Part shown: positions 17,606-27,694 of the stretch, one piece after another
Layout of the letters: each line of letters begins with the position of its first letter
Position numbering within the stretch: the stretch's first letter is position 1
Source: Candidatus Babeliales bacterium
GTDB lineage: Bacteria > Babelota > Babeliae > Babelales > Vermiphilaceae
NCBI GenBank assembly: GCA_963743635.1
Contig: CAVUQO010000003.1
Location: 608,001-672,000 of the forward strand
Direction of reading: 5' to 3'
Length of the DNA stretch: 64,000 nt
Notes under the pieces: model-generated
The model's input: the letters and a program-made list of their open reading frames with translations, nothing else
Databases searched by the model: none
What the model was told of the DNA's origin: nothing
Program-made: the position numbers and the translations under genes

Positions 17606-19315
17606 TTAGAACGTATTCAATTCCTGTGCGCGAGCAATGATGTCCGCAATTGTTAAGCCAAATTCTTGTTTTCCATCACGGTGACGTAAGGTCACGGTAT
17701 TTTTTTCGACTTCCTTATTACCAAGTACAAGCATCCATGGAATTTTATCAAGCTGTGCAGTTTTAATTTTCCCTGAGATTGGATCCGAGGTTTCATCCAT
17801 TTCTGCGCGAATCGATGCATCATTGAGTTGCTGCATAATGCTATCCGCATAGGGACGCTGTTCATCAGTGATTGTCATGACTCTGACTTGCACCGGCGAA
17901 AGCCAGAAGGGGAAGTTGCCTTTATAGTGTTCAGTCATAATGCCTAAGAAACGTTCAAAGGTGCCATATACTGCGCGATGGATGACCACTGGATGTTCTT
18001 TTTGGCCATTTGAGTTCACGTAAGTCAGATCAAAATTTTGAGGCAAGAAGAAATCAAGTTGTACCGTGCTGCATTGCCATGTTCTGCCCATTGCATCTTC
18101 GATATGAAATTCGATCTTTGGTCCGTAGAATGCGCCTTCACCTTCTTGAATGAGGTAGCTGACACCAGCAGCTTCGAGCGCATCTTTTAATGCTTGCTCA
18201 GCTTTATGCCAGAATTCATCATTGCCTAATGACTTTTCAGGGCGCGTTGAGAGTCTGATGCTAATTTTCTCAAAGCCGAATTTATGCATTACTTCGTGCA
18301 CCATATTAATGGTGGTCAGCACTTCCTGTTTGATTTGATCGATCGTGCAATAAATGTGTCCATCATCTTGGGTAAATGCACGTACGCGAAAGAGGCCATG
18401 TAAGGCGCCTGAAATTTCATACCGATGGTCGAGAGCAAATTCTGAAAGGCGCAGAGGAAGTTCGCGATATGAGCGCGGGCGTTCGCGATAGAGTAATGCC
18501 GATCCCGGGCAGTTCATCGGACGAATCGCATAGGTTTCTTCATCCTTATGGCAGAAGAACATATTTTCTTTATAGTGCGCATAATGGCCCGATTGTTTCC
18601 AGAGTTCTTCGCTTAACATAACGGGCGTTGAGATCTCTTTGTATCCCGCTTTTCCAATGATTTTGCGCATATAGGCGGCCATCACATTGAGAATTACTTT
18701 TCCTTTTGGGTGAAAGAATGGAAAGCCGATTCCTTCATCATGAAATGAGAAAAGATCCATTTGTTTGCCGATTTTGCGATGATCATATTTGAGTGCTTCT
18801 TCGCGAAGTGCGAGATAATCATTGAGTTCTTTCTCAGTGAAGAATACGACGCCGCTAATACGCTGCAAGGCTTGATCATTGCGATCGGCACGCCAGTAGG
18901 AGCCGGAAATGCCAAGTAGTTTAAAATGTTTCAGTTGGCCAGTTGTTGCAACGTGACCACCTTTGCATAAATCATGAAAGTTGCCTTGGGTTGCTAGACC
19001 AGTAGTTTCGCCCGGAATGCTATCAATCAGTTCAAGTTTAAAACGATTGCCTTTATAGAGTTCTCGTGCTTTTTCTTTGGAAATTTGTGCGTGTTCAATG
19101 GGAAGATTGCGATTGGCGATTTCAAGCATGCGAGCTTCAATTGCGGGAAGATCACTTTCTTTTAAATTGGTAGGTGGTAAGAAATCATAGAAGAACCCTT
19201 CCTTGGTGGCAGGACCAATCGTGAGTATCGTCGTGGGAAAAAGCTCTATTAATGCATGTGCAAGCAGGTGAGCTGCTGAGTGACGTAACTGATTGATGTC
19301 CTGTTCTGCCATCAT
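17606..19315 (-). CDS. thrS: Threonine--tRNA ligase
   Basis: HSAAHLLA, DLCKGGH, DHRKIG, RPMNCP, AFYGPKI, IHRAVYG. Confidence 0.97.
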   Translation of the reverse strand: MMAEQDINQLRHSAAHLLAHALIELFPTTILTIGPATKEGFFYDFLPPTNLKESDLPAIEARMLEIANRNLPIEHAQISKEKARELYKGNRFKLELIDSIPGETTGLATQGNFHDLCKGGHVATTGQLKHFKLLGISGSYWRADRNDQALQRISGVVFFTEKELNDYLALREEALKYDHRKIGKQMDLFSFHDEGIGFPFFHPKGKVILNVMAAYMRKIIGKAGYKEISTPVMLSEELWKQSGHYAHYKENMFFCHKDEETYAIRPMNCPGSALLYRERPRSYRELPLRLSEFALDHRYEISGALHGLFRVRAFTQDDGHIYCTIDQIKQEVLTTINMVHEVMHKFGFEKISIRLSTRPEKSLGNDEFWHKAEQALKDALEAAGVSYLIQEGEGAFYGPKIEFHIEDAMGRTWQCSTVQLDFFLPQNFDLTYVNSNGQKEHPVVIHRAVYGTFERFLGIMTEHYKGNFPFWLSPVQVRVMTITDEQRPYADSIMQQLNDASIRAEMDETSDPISGKIKTAQLDKIPWMLVLGNKEVEKNTVTLRHRDGKQEFGLTIADIIARAQELNTF

Positions 19316-19356
19316 GATTCCTTTAGGTTAGGATTTTCGAAATTATTTTAATATAC

Positions 19357-19502
19357 CCAGGCTTGCGTTTACGCTTTCAGCTACGGTCGCACAGGCCTTT
19401 AGTCCTGAGCACTGCGGAGCTTAGCGAAGGGTCCGTCGGGTTAGTTTATTCTCTTTCGTTTATACCTAAAGTCGAAGAGATTCTCGAACGAGAATAAACT
19501 AA
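19357..19502 (+). repeat. Repeat family B (CCAGGCT...CGTCGGG plus long hairpin), containing a family-A-like segment
   Basis: TTAGTTTATTCTC / GAGAATAAACTAA stem after CGTCGGG; similar layout at 29237 and 31745. Confidence 0.5.
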
Positions 19503-19622
19503 AAAACAGTATACCAGCGGGATTATAAAAATACAGATATCGAGTTCTTTGCTTTAATGAGATTCGATATGTTAGGCTGCCGATGTGGTTGTATTGAAGC
19601 ACCTTTTAACACGGTGGATCCT

Positions 19623-21044
19623 ATGGCAGAAAAGATATATTTGTTGGATACCAACGTTCTAATTCACGATCCGGAGGCGATCTTTAAATTTTCCGGTTCG
19701 GTAGTGGGCATCCCTTCGATGGTGCTTGAGGAACTGGACACATTCAAGCGGGAAGGAACTGATCGCGCACGAAGCGCTCGGGAGGCGATTCGCCATCTTG
19801 ATGCTTTACGGAATCGAGGCTCCTTAAAAGATGGAGTCGAATTAGACAACGGCAGCACAGTCAAAGTGATGTTTTTAAAAGAGGGCAACCGTCAAACGTT
19901 GCCCTTTAAAATGCCTATAGAGGATAATCACATTTTGCTGTTAGCCTGCACGCTGAAGGATGAGTATGATGTCAGATTCATTACCAAAGATTTTAATGCG
20001 CGGGTGAAGGCGGATGCGCTTGGTCTTGCAGCAGAGGATTATTTAAAAGGTCGTATTACTAAAGATGAATTTTACCATGGATGGAGACGCATCCAAGTGC
20101 CGGCAGTATCATTAAAAAAGGGTATACCGCCAGAACTTGAAACCTATGGTCTCGAGCAACCATTCGAAGTGAATGAGTTTGTGTTGGTGGAGAGTCAACA
20201 CAATCCGCACAATTTCGGTGTGTTTCGTCATATTGGGCACAACAAATTCAAACATGTTGAAGAGCCGCAATTACGCTGGCCGCTTAAATCACGTAATCCG
20301 CAACAATTAATGGCGCTCGATTTGCTGCTCGATGATTCGATTCAGTTGGTCAGTTTATTCGGGCCAGCCGGAACGGGTAAAACATTCCTCGCGCTTTTAG
20401 CGGGAACCCATAAAGTATTGGTTGAAGATCAATATGAAAAAGTGCTTGTTGCAAGGCCAGTGGTTCCGCTTGGAAGAGATATCGGGTACATTCCAGGGGA
20501 TGTGCATGAGAAACTCTATAACTGGATGTTACCGGTTTACGATAACATGGATTTCATTTTTCATGCGAATGCCATGCAAGAGCACGTTGATGAGGTGAGT
20601 GGTGGTGAAGCCGAATATGAAAAACAACGTAAGGGCAAACATAATGGGAAGCATCAACACGGCAAACATCAACATCGAAAAAAAGATCGCGGGGAAAAGG
20701 GAGGTTTGCAATCACTCGATGATCTTATTCATCGTGGGAAGGTAAGTCTTGAAGCAATCACCTACATGCGTGGGCGTTCAATACCGTATCAATACATTTT
20801 CATAGACGAGGTCCAAAATTTGACGCTGCACGAAGTTAAGACGTTGGTCAGTCGTGTGGGTGAGGGCAGTAAGATTGTGCTCGCAGGGGACCCGTATCAG
20901 ATCGATGCGCCCTATCTTGATTTTGCGTCGAACGGTCTCGTGGTAGCTGCCGAGAAGATGAAAGGTCAGAAGGTTTTCGGATCAGTGTATCTTGAAACGA
21001 GCGAACGTAGCGTGTTGAGTCAATTAACAAGTGATTTACTGTAA
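19623..21044 (+). CDS. PIN-PhoH family ATPase (YlaK/PhoH2-like)
   Basis: LLDTNVLIHD PIN motif; GPAGTGKT; YMRGRS; DEVQN; GDPYQID. Confidence 0.9.
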   Translation: MAEKIYLLDTNVLIHDPEAIFKFSGSVVGIPSMVLEELDTFKREGTDRARSAREAIRHLDALRNRGSLKDGVELDNGSTVKVMFLKEGNRQTLPFKMPIEDNHILLLACTLKDEYDVRFITKDFNARVKADALGLAAEDYLKGRITKDEFYHGWRRIQVPAVSLKKGIPPELETYGLEQPFEVNEFVLVESQHNPHNFGVFRHIGHNKFKHVEEPQLRWPLKSRNPQQLMALDLLLDDSIQLVSLFGPAGTGKTFLALLAGTHKVLVEDQYEKVLVARPVVPLGRDIGYIPGDVHEKLYNWMLPVYDNMDFIFHANAMQEHVDEVSGGEAEYEKQRKGKHNGKHQHGKHQHRKKDRGEKGGLQSLDDLIHRGKVSLEAITYMRGRSIPYQYIFIDEVQNLTLHEVKTLVSRVGEGSKIVLAGDPYQIDAPYLDFASNGLVVAAEKMKGQKVFGSVYLETSERSVLSQLTSDLL

Positions 21045-21065
21045 CGTAATAGTTTAAGTATTAAA

Positions 21066-21101
21066 AAACGGGAGCGGATATTTTAGTATCCACTCCCGTT
21101 T
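21066..21101. terminator. Bidirectional terminator
   Basis: AAACGGGAG..GGATA / TATCC..CTCCCGTTT hairpin between convergent genes. Confidence 0.7.
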
Positions 21102-21128
21102 GCTTTTAACTGTGTGATTAATATCGTT

Positions 21129-21980
21129 CTATAATACGGGTGCTGCCGCAGCTCGTACTTCGTTTGCTTCGGGAGAGTCTTGCCCCTTGTACAGTTGTAT
21201 GCGACGATTACCAGCGCCGGTTTCAAGGTAATATACTCCATAGACTCTGGTGCCATACAGTACAAATATGCGTGCAATTTCCTTATTCATGTTATTGACG
21301 TATTTTTGGGCAAAACCATAATATTCCGTATTTTTATCCTTGCGCTGAGCAAGCGCTTTTTTGTTTTCGTCAATCATTTTTAGGACTAATAGACGAAATT
21401 CTTGAAATTTCTTTTTTTTATAGTTATCGTCTTTACCGCTATCTATATCAAAATCCTTAATTTCTATACCATTATTTCTCAGGCGAGCAATAATCTGCGT
21501 CGCATATTCTTCGCTGGGCAATGCGCCTGCTTTATCATCTAGAAATTCTACTGCCGTTGCCCCATTGGATACATTGTTCGCAATATACCTTTTTAATGGA
21601 TCATACTCTGTATTTTTGAGAGTTAACCATTCAGTATCAGGTCCATTAGGATTATTAAAGGCCATTTTGCCCAACAGATAGTTTTGGTCTTGTGCGAGTG
21701 TGATGAACTGCATTTCAGGTCTTTTCTGATTGATATATATTTGGTATTGAGGAATACGTGCAGATGATGATGAAACTGCGACTGCAGGAGTAGAAATCAT
21801 ACTTGCCTGAAGTGCTTGTTGTAATTCTCGCTCTTCCTGTTCTTGTCTGGCTCTTTCTTGTGCTGTCTGTTCTAAACTGAGCCTCATTGCTTCTCTAAGC
21901 TCAGCATCTTCTTCCATCGCCAATATCGATTGGCAACCCATTAACAAGGCTGCTATAGCCATGTGTTTTAAAATCTTCAT
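21129..21980 (-). CDS. Secreted protein with two UIM-like (ubiquitin-interacting) motifs
   Basis: Signal peptide ending ILA-M, then EEDAELREAMRLSLE and EERELQQALQASM; AAGGAG RBS. Confidence 0.7.
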   Translation of the reverse strand: MKILKHMAIAALLMGCQSILAMEEDAELREAMRLSLEQTAQERARQEQEERELQQALQASMISTPAVAVSSSSARIPQYQIYINQKRPEMQFITLAQDQNYLLGKMAFNNPNGPDTEWLTLKNTEYDPLKRYIANNVSNGATAVEFLDDKAGALPSEEYATQIIARLRNNGIEIKDFDIDSGKDDNYKKKKFQEFRLLVLKMIDENKKALAQRKDKNTEYYGFAQKYVNNMNKEIARIFVLYGTRVYGVYYLETGAGNRRIQLYKGQDSPEANEVRAAAAPVL

Positions 21981-22119
21981 ATTTTACTCCTTCATTCAAG
22001 ATTAATCATACCATACTCTTTAATCTTAAAGTAAAAAATGAGCTAAAAGCAATGGTTTGGTTTGTTTTTTGATAATTGCAGGAGATAGCAGGTTTTGGAT
22101 GGGGGGGTTACCAGCAGGA

Positions 22120-22159
22120 CCCTTCGATACGGTCGTACCGACCTACTCAGGATGAGTGG
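22120..22159 (+). repeat. REP-like family A variant
   Basis: CCCTTCGATAC...CTCAGGATGAGTGG. Confidence 0.55.
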
Positions 22160-22165
22160 AAGAAA

Positions 22166-22336
22166 CTACCAACAAGAGAGGATGCGCTTGGCACTTGCGA
22201 TAATGGCGGGAATGAGGTTTTTTTCTTTGAGTTGATTGAGGGTGTACTGAGTACAGCCGACTTCATACTTGCAGGATGCGGGGCCCAGGAGGGGGCGTAG
22301 CCCGAGGATGAGGAAGCGTAAGATGGCTTTGATCAT
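22166..22336 (-). CDS. yidD: Membrane protein insertion efficiency factor YidD (56 aa; not in ORF track)
   Basis: MIKAILRFLILGLRPLLGPASCKYEVGCTQY...KRILSCW with three conserved Cys; ATGA-coupled to rnpA. Confidence 0.8.
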   Translation of the reverse strand: MIKAILRFLILGLRPLLGPASCKYEVGCTQYTLNQLKEKNLIPAIIASAKRILSCW

Positions 22337-22665
22337 AGTTTAGCGAATGCCGTAGCAAAGATTGTCTTAAGTTCGTCGAAGGGCGTGTCGATGCCTTCTT
22401 TTTTGATGATCGCGATACAGTCAACACCGCGTTCATAGTATTTTTCTTCAAAAAAAAGCGCCTTAATGCGTCGGCGAATTTTGTTCCGTTTGGAAGCTTT
22501 GCCGATGCGTCGAGGCGTTATTACGAGGATCCTGCCGTGTTCCTGAGCTTTGGGAGCTACGATGATATCAGCGGTAGGAGTTTTAAGGACGCGTTTGCCA
22601 CGTTTGAGAATCGTTCTGACCTCGGTGGGTGCAAAACAAGACAAGGTGCGTGCTACGCGTCCCAT
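22333..22665 (-). CDS. rnpA: Ribonuclease P protein component
   Basis: IGKASKRNKIRRRIK RNR-type motif; follows rpmH. Confidence 0.88.
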   Translation of the reverse strand: MGRVARTLSCFAPTEVRTILKRGKRVLKTPTADIIVAPKAQEHGRILVITPRRIGKASKRNKIRRRIKALFFEEKYYERGVDCIAIIKKEGIDTPFDELKTIFATAFAKL

Positions 22666-22676
22666 TAATTTGTCAC

Positions 22677-22823
22677 TTACTTAGAGCTGACGGTAAGGTT
22701 CTTGCGACCTTTAGCTCGGCGACGATTGATGATTGCGCGGCCATCATGGGATGCCATTCTTTTGAGGAATCCATGCTTACGAGCGCGCTTTTTGTTACTT
22801 TTTCTAAAACAGGTAACTGACAT
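22677..22823 (-). CDS. rpmH: 50S ribosomal protein L34 (48 aa; not in ORF track)
   Basis: [48 protein letters not shown]. Confidence 0.93.
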   Translation of the reverse strand: MSVTCFRKSNKKRARKHGFLKRMASHDGRAIINRRRAKGRKNLTVSSK

Positions 22824-22948
22824 GAGTATCCTTTAGAATTGCGAGAAATATCTTGTATTTATCCCTTAGTATAGGTGAAAATAAGGTTTTTTCAACATCT
22901 ACTTTTTTATCCCTAAGAGGGATTACTGGCTTATCTTTCCTGGCAGAC

Positions 22949-23878
22949 TCATTTACTGGCACACAGATACCGTTCCGCATCAAAGGCTGCCATGCAGCCG
23001 GTTCCGGCTGACGTGATTGCCTGGCGATAGGTATAATCAGCGACGTCTCCGGCGGCAAACACCCCCTCAACCGAAGTGCGGGTTCCCTTTTTCAGGACAA
23101 TGTAGCCATGGCTATCGAGCTCCAGTTGGCCTAAAAACGGCTTGGTATTAGGAGAAAGGCCGACGGCGATAAATATACCATCCGCGGCAACTTCTTCCTT
23201 TGTGCCCGTTTTTTGATTGATTATCGTGGCACTGGTAACGTGAGAACCGTTGCCCTTGATTTCCGATAGGCTACTTTCGTAGATGATCTTGATGTCAGGA
23301 TTGCTGACTACCCGTTCTTGCATTGTATAGGAGGCGGTCAGCTTATCCAGGATATGCACGACGGTGATGTCTTTCGTAAATTTGGTCATGAAGGAGGCGT
23401 CTTCCATGGCGGTATCGCCACCGCCTACAATCAGAACCTTTTTATCTTTGTAGAATGCGCCATCGCAGGCTGCACAGGTGGTTACCCCTTTGCCCCAGTA
23501 TTCATCTTCTCCAGGAATTTGAAGTCGGCGGGGAGTAGAGCCGGTGGTGATGATGACGCTATGAGCCTTGAGTTCAGTATTTTTGTTGGTCCAGATGGTA
23601 AACGGTTTCTTGGAGAAATCGACTTTGGTAACTTCCTCGGAGCTGATAGTGCAATCAAAGCTTTTGAGTTGATTGCGCATATTCATCATAAGTTCGGGAC
23701 CCAGAATGCTTTTTTCGCCAGGCCAGTTTTCAACGTAGGACGTTCCCATCAGTTGACCGCCCGGTTTTTTCCCCTCAAGCATGAGCGGCTTAAGATTAGC
23801 ACGCGCGGTGTAAATGCCGGCGGTTAGGCCAGCGGGGCCGGAGCCAATAATAATAACGTTGTGCACTAAATCAGTCAT
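22949..23878 (-). CDS. trxB: Thioredoxin-disulfide reductase
   Basis: GSGPAG, CAACDG, GGGDTA, GVFAAGDV, QAITSAG. Confidence 0.96.
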   Translation of the reverse strand: MTDLVHNVIIIGSGPAGLTAGIYTARANLKPLMLEGKKPGGQLMGTSYVENWPGEKSILGPELMMNMRNQLKSFDCTISSEEVTKVDFSKKPFTIWTNKNTELKAHSVIITTGSTPRRLQIPGEDEYWGKGVTTCAACDGAFYKDKKVLIVGGGDTAMEDASFMTKFTKDITVVHILDKLTASYTMQERVVSNPDIKIIYESSLSEIKGNGSHVTSATIINQKTGTKEEVAADGIFIAVGLSPNTKPFLGQLELDSHGYIVLKKGTRTSVEGVFAAGDVADYTYRQAITSAGTGCMAAFDAERYLCASK

Positions 23879-23887
23879 GAGACTCCT

Positions 23888-25198
23888 TTATTGACGCGTC
23901 AGATGGTAAATGATGTGGTTAAGCGCTTTTTCACGCAAGCAGGATAACTTGATCGTCTCGTGTGAAATTGGCCGCTCTTGCCCATCGATTCTCGATGCGG
24001 GCACATCAAAATAAACAAACTCTTTGGTACGGGGACGTTGCGCGAGGGTTAAATAACTTTTGATATCGTGTTGCGATGCTTGCATATTATCTTGAATAGC
24101 GAGTTGGCCAAGCAATATCATTTCTTTAATTTGCTTCTCTGCTAATTCACGCACGCGATCTTTAAAGTCTTTTTGCACGCGATAGACCTGGTAATCGGGA
24201 TTATCTTGTAAAGCATCAAGTATATGTTTGGTGTGTCTTAAGATAAGATGATTAGGAATTATAAAGCGGTGTTTTGAAAGTAACAGTTTTAATGATTCTT
24301 CTGCCATTGAACGCCGTTGTGAAAGATCGTTACGGTATGAAAAAACTTCTATAAGTTTATGGGATAGTTCTTTGTTTGTTTTTAACTTAAAGTATTTCTT
24401 GAATGCTTCAAAGCAGAAATATGCGTAAGGAACCGTATCAAGAACCGTTATGCGGAAATGATAGTTAGTTGCGATCGTGTTACTGAAATAATCTTGGAGG
24501 CCTTTATTTTGTGTAATAAACACATCGCCAACTCTTTTCATAACAAAAAGTTCTTGCATGGCAACATCAGCTTCTTCGTTCCCGATTTTTATCCACAACG
24601 TTTCAGTGAAATCACCGAGTAATGGAGTGCCTGCTGCATCAACTAAGCAGATCGTAAAATTAACCCAGTCGCCAATTTGAATTGGTGCAGATTCATATTT
24701 TTTGTGTAATTCCCGTTCTTCCTTTATAAAGCCTTCAACTTGACGATCAAGATCTTTATATTTTTTACGCTTTGGAGCTTTGAATGGATAATAGCGCCAT
24801 TCTTGAACCACGACATCAGGAAAAAGTGTAAGTTCAAAAGTAAAGCGAGCATCCTCCTCAATCTTAAGGAGAATCGTTTGCAGGCGAGGTTCGCCGATAA
24901 CGAGCAATTTATGCTGTTGGATTTCGCGATGCAGATAATTAAGCACGGCGTAGCGAAAGAGGAACTCTTTGATATGATCAATGAGTGTTGAAGTAAAGTT
25001 TTTTTCGATATACGAAATTGGCACTTTCCCTTTGGGAAATCCAGGAGCTTCAACATTGCTTTGTTGAGCCTGCGCGGCCAAATGATAGAGGGTTATTATA
25101 TGTTGACGGGGCACTACAACAGTTGCATAGCAAAATCTCGGATGTTCATATTCAAGTTCAAGACGTAAGTTGGATGGGATATCGCCTTCATGAACCAC
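23888..25198 (-). CDS. tig: Trigger factor (divergent)
   Basis: PGFPKGKVP ribosome-binding signature, FKBP-like GDWVNF; AGGAG plus GTG start; follows tRNA-Leu. Confidence 0.75.
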   Translation of the reverse strand: MVHEGDIPSNLRLELEYEHPRFCYATVVVPRQHIITLYHLAAQAQQSNVEAPGFPKGKVPISYIEKNFTSTLIDHIKEFLFRYAVLNYLHREIQQHKLLVIGEPRLQTILLKIEEDARFTFELTLFPDVVVQEWRYYPFKAPKRKKYKDLDRQVEGFIKEERELHKKYESAPIQIGDWVNFTICLVDAAGTPLLGDFTETLWIKIGNEEADVAMQELFVMKRVGDVFITQNKGLQDYFSNTIATNYHFRITVLDTVPYAYFCFEAFKKYFKLKTNKELSHKLIEVFSYRNDLSQRRSMAEESLKLLLSKHRFIIPNHLILRHTKHILDALQDNPDYQVYRVQKDFKDRVRELAEKQIKEMILLGQLAIQDNMQASQHDIKSYLTLAQRPRTKEFVYFDVPASRIDGQERPISHETIKLSCLREKALNHIIYHLTRQ

Positions 25199-25214
25199 AT
25201 GATCTCCTTTTATT

Positions 25215-25299
25215 TGGTGCAAGAGAAGGGACTCGAACCCCCACTCCTTTCGGAACTGGATCCTAAGTCCAGCGCGTCTACCAGTTTCGCCACTCTTGC
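25215..25299 (-). tRNA. tRNA-Leu (anticodon TAG), CCA encoded
   Basis: GCAAGAG acceptor stem, CTGGA-CTTAGGA-TCCAG anticodon arm, long variable arm, GTTCGAG T-loop. Confidence 0.95.
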
Positions 25300-25478
25300 A
25301 CACATTTTTATATCTCTCTCTCAAATACTTTCAATAATTCTGTATTGAGTCAAGTTGCTTGCAACCTTTGGTGCCGTTTATGTCAATATTCGTTTCCGCT
25401 GGATAAGCGGAGTGAATTGTTTTCCGCGTTGTATATGGTCCGTCTACGCTATTGCTTCGAAATTTTTAATTCGAAGAC

Positions 25479-25551
25479 TGGGCTGCCTTGGAGTCGAACC
25501 AAGGACCTGCAGATTAAGAGTCTGTTGCTCTACCAGCTGAGCTAGCAGCCC
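25479..25551 (-). tRNA. tRNA-Lys (anticodon CTT)
   Basis: GGGCTGC acceptor stem, AGCTCAGCTGGTAGAGC D-arm, CAGA-CTCTTAA-TCTG anticodon arm, GTTCGAC T-loop. Confidence 0.95.
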
Positions 25552-25613
25552 GTAAACATCCTTTTTAATATTGGGATAGTGTACCAGAGTCTGATATAAA
25601 ATAAAGATATTTA

Positions 25614-26202
25614 TTAAAATTCTCTGATTTCTTTGGCTTTTTTCTCACCTTTATCATCTGCTTGTTTGCAGTAACGGCCAGTTACGTCTTCGAGAATGTC
25701 AGAAAGGCGACTAAAGAAGTTTTCAGAAATCTCTTTATCTTTTTTCGCATCGCGAATGAGATTATTAAAATCTTTGCGAACATTACGCATCGCGATTTTG
25801 CATTCTTCAACTTTTTTATTCAAAATTTTGACTAAATCTTCGCGGCGAGCAGTGCTCATTTCAGGCAATGTTAAGCGAATAATTTGACCATCATTTGCCG
25901 GGCTCAAGTCCAAGATCTGAATTGCTAATTGCTTTTTCGATTTCTCCAATAACGCCAGCATCCCATGGTTGAATGGTCAAAAGGCGTGCATCAGGAGCTG
26001 CGCATGCCGCTATGTTTTTAAGGGGCAGTGGTGCGCCGCCGTAAACAGATACGGGAAGATTTTCGATGAGCGATGGGTGTGCGCGGCCAGTGCGGACTTT
26101 GATGAGTTCCGCTTCAAGATGTTTAATGGATTTCGCCATTTCATCTTCCATTGCTTTTTGGAACGTTTTCGTATCGTTTTCGACAAGAGTTATTTGAATC
26201 AT
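25614..26202 (-). CDS. frr: Ribosome recycling factor (one frameshift near 25900)
   Basis: VRTGRAHP, LTIQPWD, then P.NDG, RNVRKD in another frame. Confidence 0.9.
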
Positions 26203-26908
26203 AGAGTATCCTTTGTTTCAATTATGCTACCAATATCTGGTGATTGTGCCACTTCGAGTAATGCATTGTTTTTAAAGAGTGTAAAAACTCGAATAGGTAT
26301 TTTATATTCTTTTGCGAGTGCAAGTGCCGTTATATCCATGATGCCGAGCTTGCGATCGACTGCATTCTTGATGCGTGATCCGTTTGATGATCGTGGCATT
26401 CGTATGAGTATGCGGATCTGCCGTATAAATGCCATCAATATTGGTGGCTTTCCATACTTCATGGGCCTGTATTTGCAGCGCGCGCATAATCGCATTGGTG
26501 TCGGTGGTGAAAAATGGATTGCCCGTACCGCCCGCAAAAATGAGTATCTCATCGGCATTAAAGCCATCATCAATTGCGGATTGATTAATCGGTTGGGCTA
26601 CGGCATCACATGCAAGTGCGGTAAGAAGCCGCGCACGTATTCCCGCTTGGACCATAAGATCCTTGAGGATTACGCCATTCATGAGGGTTGCAAGCATGCC
26701 TACGGTGTGACCCGCAGTAGGCCGCAATCCAAACGCATTGCCTTGCTGATGACCACGAAAGAAATTGCCGCCGCCAATAACAATACCGAACTGATGTGTT
26801 TCGCGTAAGCTATTCAGATTATCGAGCACATCGCTTAATGACTTGTGCATGTTGTGGATCGAGTAACGTACCCGTTAACTTGAGCAGAATCCTTTTTTTG
26901 CCGTTCAT
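26199..26908 (-). CDS. pyrH: UMP kinase (frameshifted)
   Basis: KRILLKLTG, IGGGNFFRG, GTGNPFFTTD, DGIYTADP, LGIMDITA across three frames. Confidence 0.9.
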
Positions 26909-26929
26909 ATGGCCCTCACCAGTACCGTG

Positions 26930-27526
26930 TTAAGCACCAATTTCAAAACGAACGAAACGTTTAATCTTGATGTTTTCACCAAGCTTTGCGATCAAGTTTT
27001 CAATCACTTGTTCGATAGTAAATTGATCGTTTTTTACAAATGTTTGCTTCATCAAGCAAATATCTGCATAAAGCTTGCTTACTTTACCATCAATAATTTG
27101 GTTTAGTATCTTTTCTGGTTTTCCGGAACTTTCCATTTGCGCAGCCATGATACTTCGTTCGTGTTCAAGGAACTTAGGATCGACGTCTTCTGGGTTCAAA
27201 TAGAGTGGCTTTGATGCGGCAATGTGCAAGCAAATATCATTTGCGGCTTGTACGAAATCCGCAGTGCTTGATACGAAATCAGTTTCGCAGTCGAGTTCAA
27301 GTAAAACGCCAATGCGGCTGCCTGGATGGATGTACGCATGGATGATGCCTTCAGTAGTAGCATTGCCACTACGTTTTTCGGCTACAGCAGCGCCTTTTTT
27401 GCGGAGGAATTCGATTGCTTTATCGATGTTGCCTTCGTTTGCGTCGAGGGCTTTTTTGCAGTCAAGCATACCCATGCCGGTCATATTACGCAGTTGCTGA
27501 ATAAGGTTCAAATCATTTTTTGCCAT
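26930..27526 (-). CDS. tsf: Elongation factor Ts (short form)
   Basis: LRNMTGMGMLDCKKAL, ELDCETDFV, GENIKIKRFVRF. Confidence 0.95.
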   Translation of the reverse strand: MAKNDLNLIQQLRNMTGMGMLDCKKALDANEGNIDKAIEFLRKKGAAVAEKRSGNATTEGIIHAYIHPGSRIGVLLELDCETDFVSSTADFVQAANDICLHIAASKPLYLNPEDVDPKFLEHERSIMAAQMESSGKPEKILNQIIDGKVSKLYADICLMKQTFVKNDQFTIEQVIENLIAKLGENIKIKRFVRFEIGA

Positions 27527-27570
27527 AAGTGTTCCTGGGAAAAAGCTGTTAAAAGAGAAAAGTTCATACC

Positions 27571-27675
27571 ATAAGTGTGCCAAAAATCGTTGTTTTGGCA
27601 ATAGTGGGTTCCAGGATGTGGGTCAACAGGTGTAGGAAAAAAGCCGCTTGAGCTTCAGGGGCGCAAACGGCTTTT
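27571..27675. repeat. Terminator plus palindromic promoter-like module, copy 1
   Basis: Direct repeat of 28229-28348; AAGCCG/CGGCTT stem; TGCCAAAA-N7-TTTTGGCA. Confidence 0.75.
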
Positions 27676-27694
27676 GAAATCTATACGAGGATAG

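Noticed and set aside
19316..19502. T-box or attenuator leaders for thrS and argS
   Set aside because: No T-box consensus is visible. The shared element points away from thrS but toward argS, and a third copy is not next to a synthetase, so a dispersed repeat fits better.
22824..22948. oriC next to rpmH
   Set aside because: No dnaA gene and no cluster of TTATCCACA boxes.
25199..25545. ORF-track extension of tig to 25324 and ORFs at 25345-25545
   Set aside because: They overlap tRNA-Leu and tRNA-Lys; tig has an RBS and GTG start at 25198.
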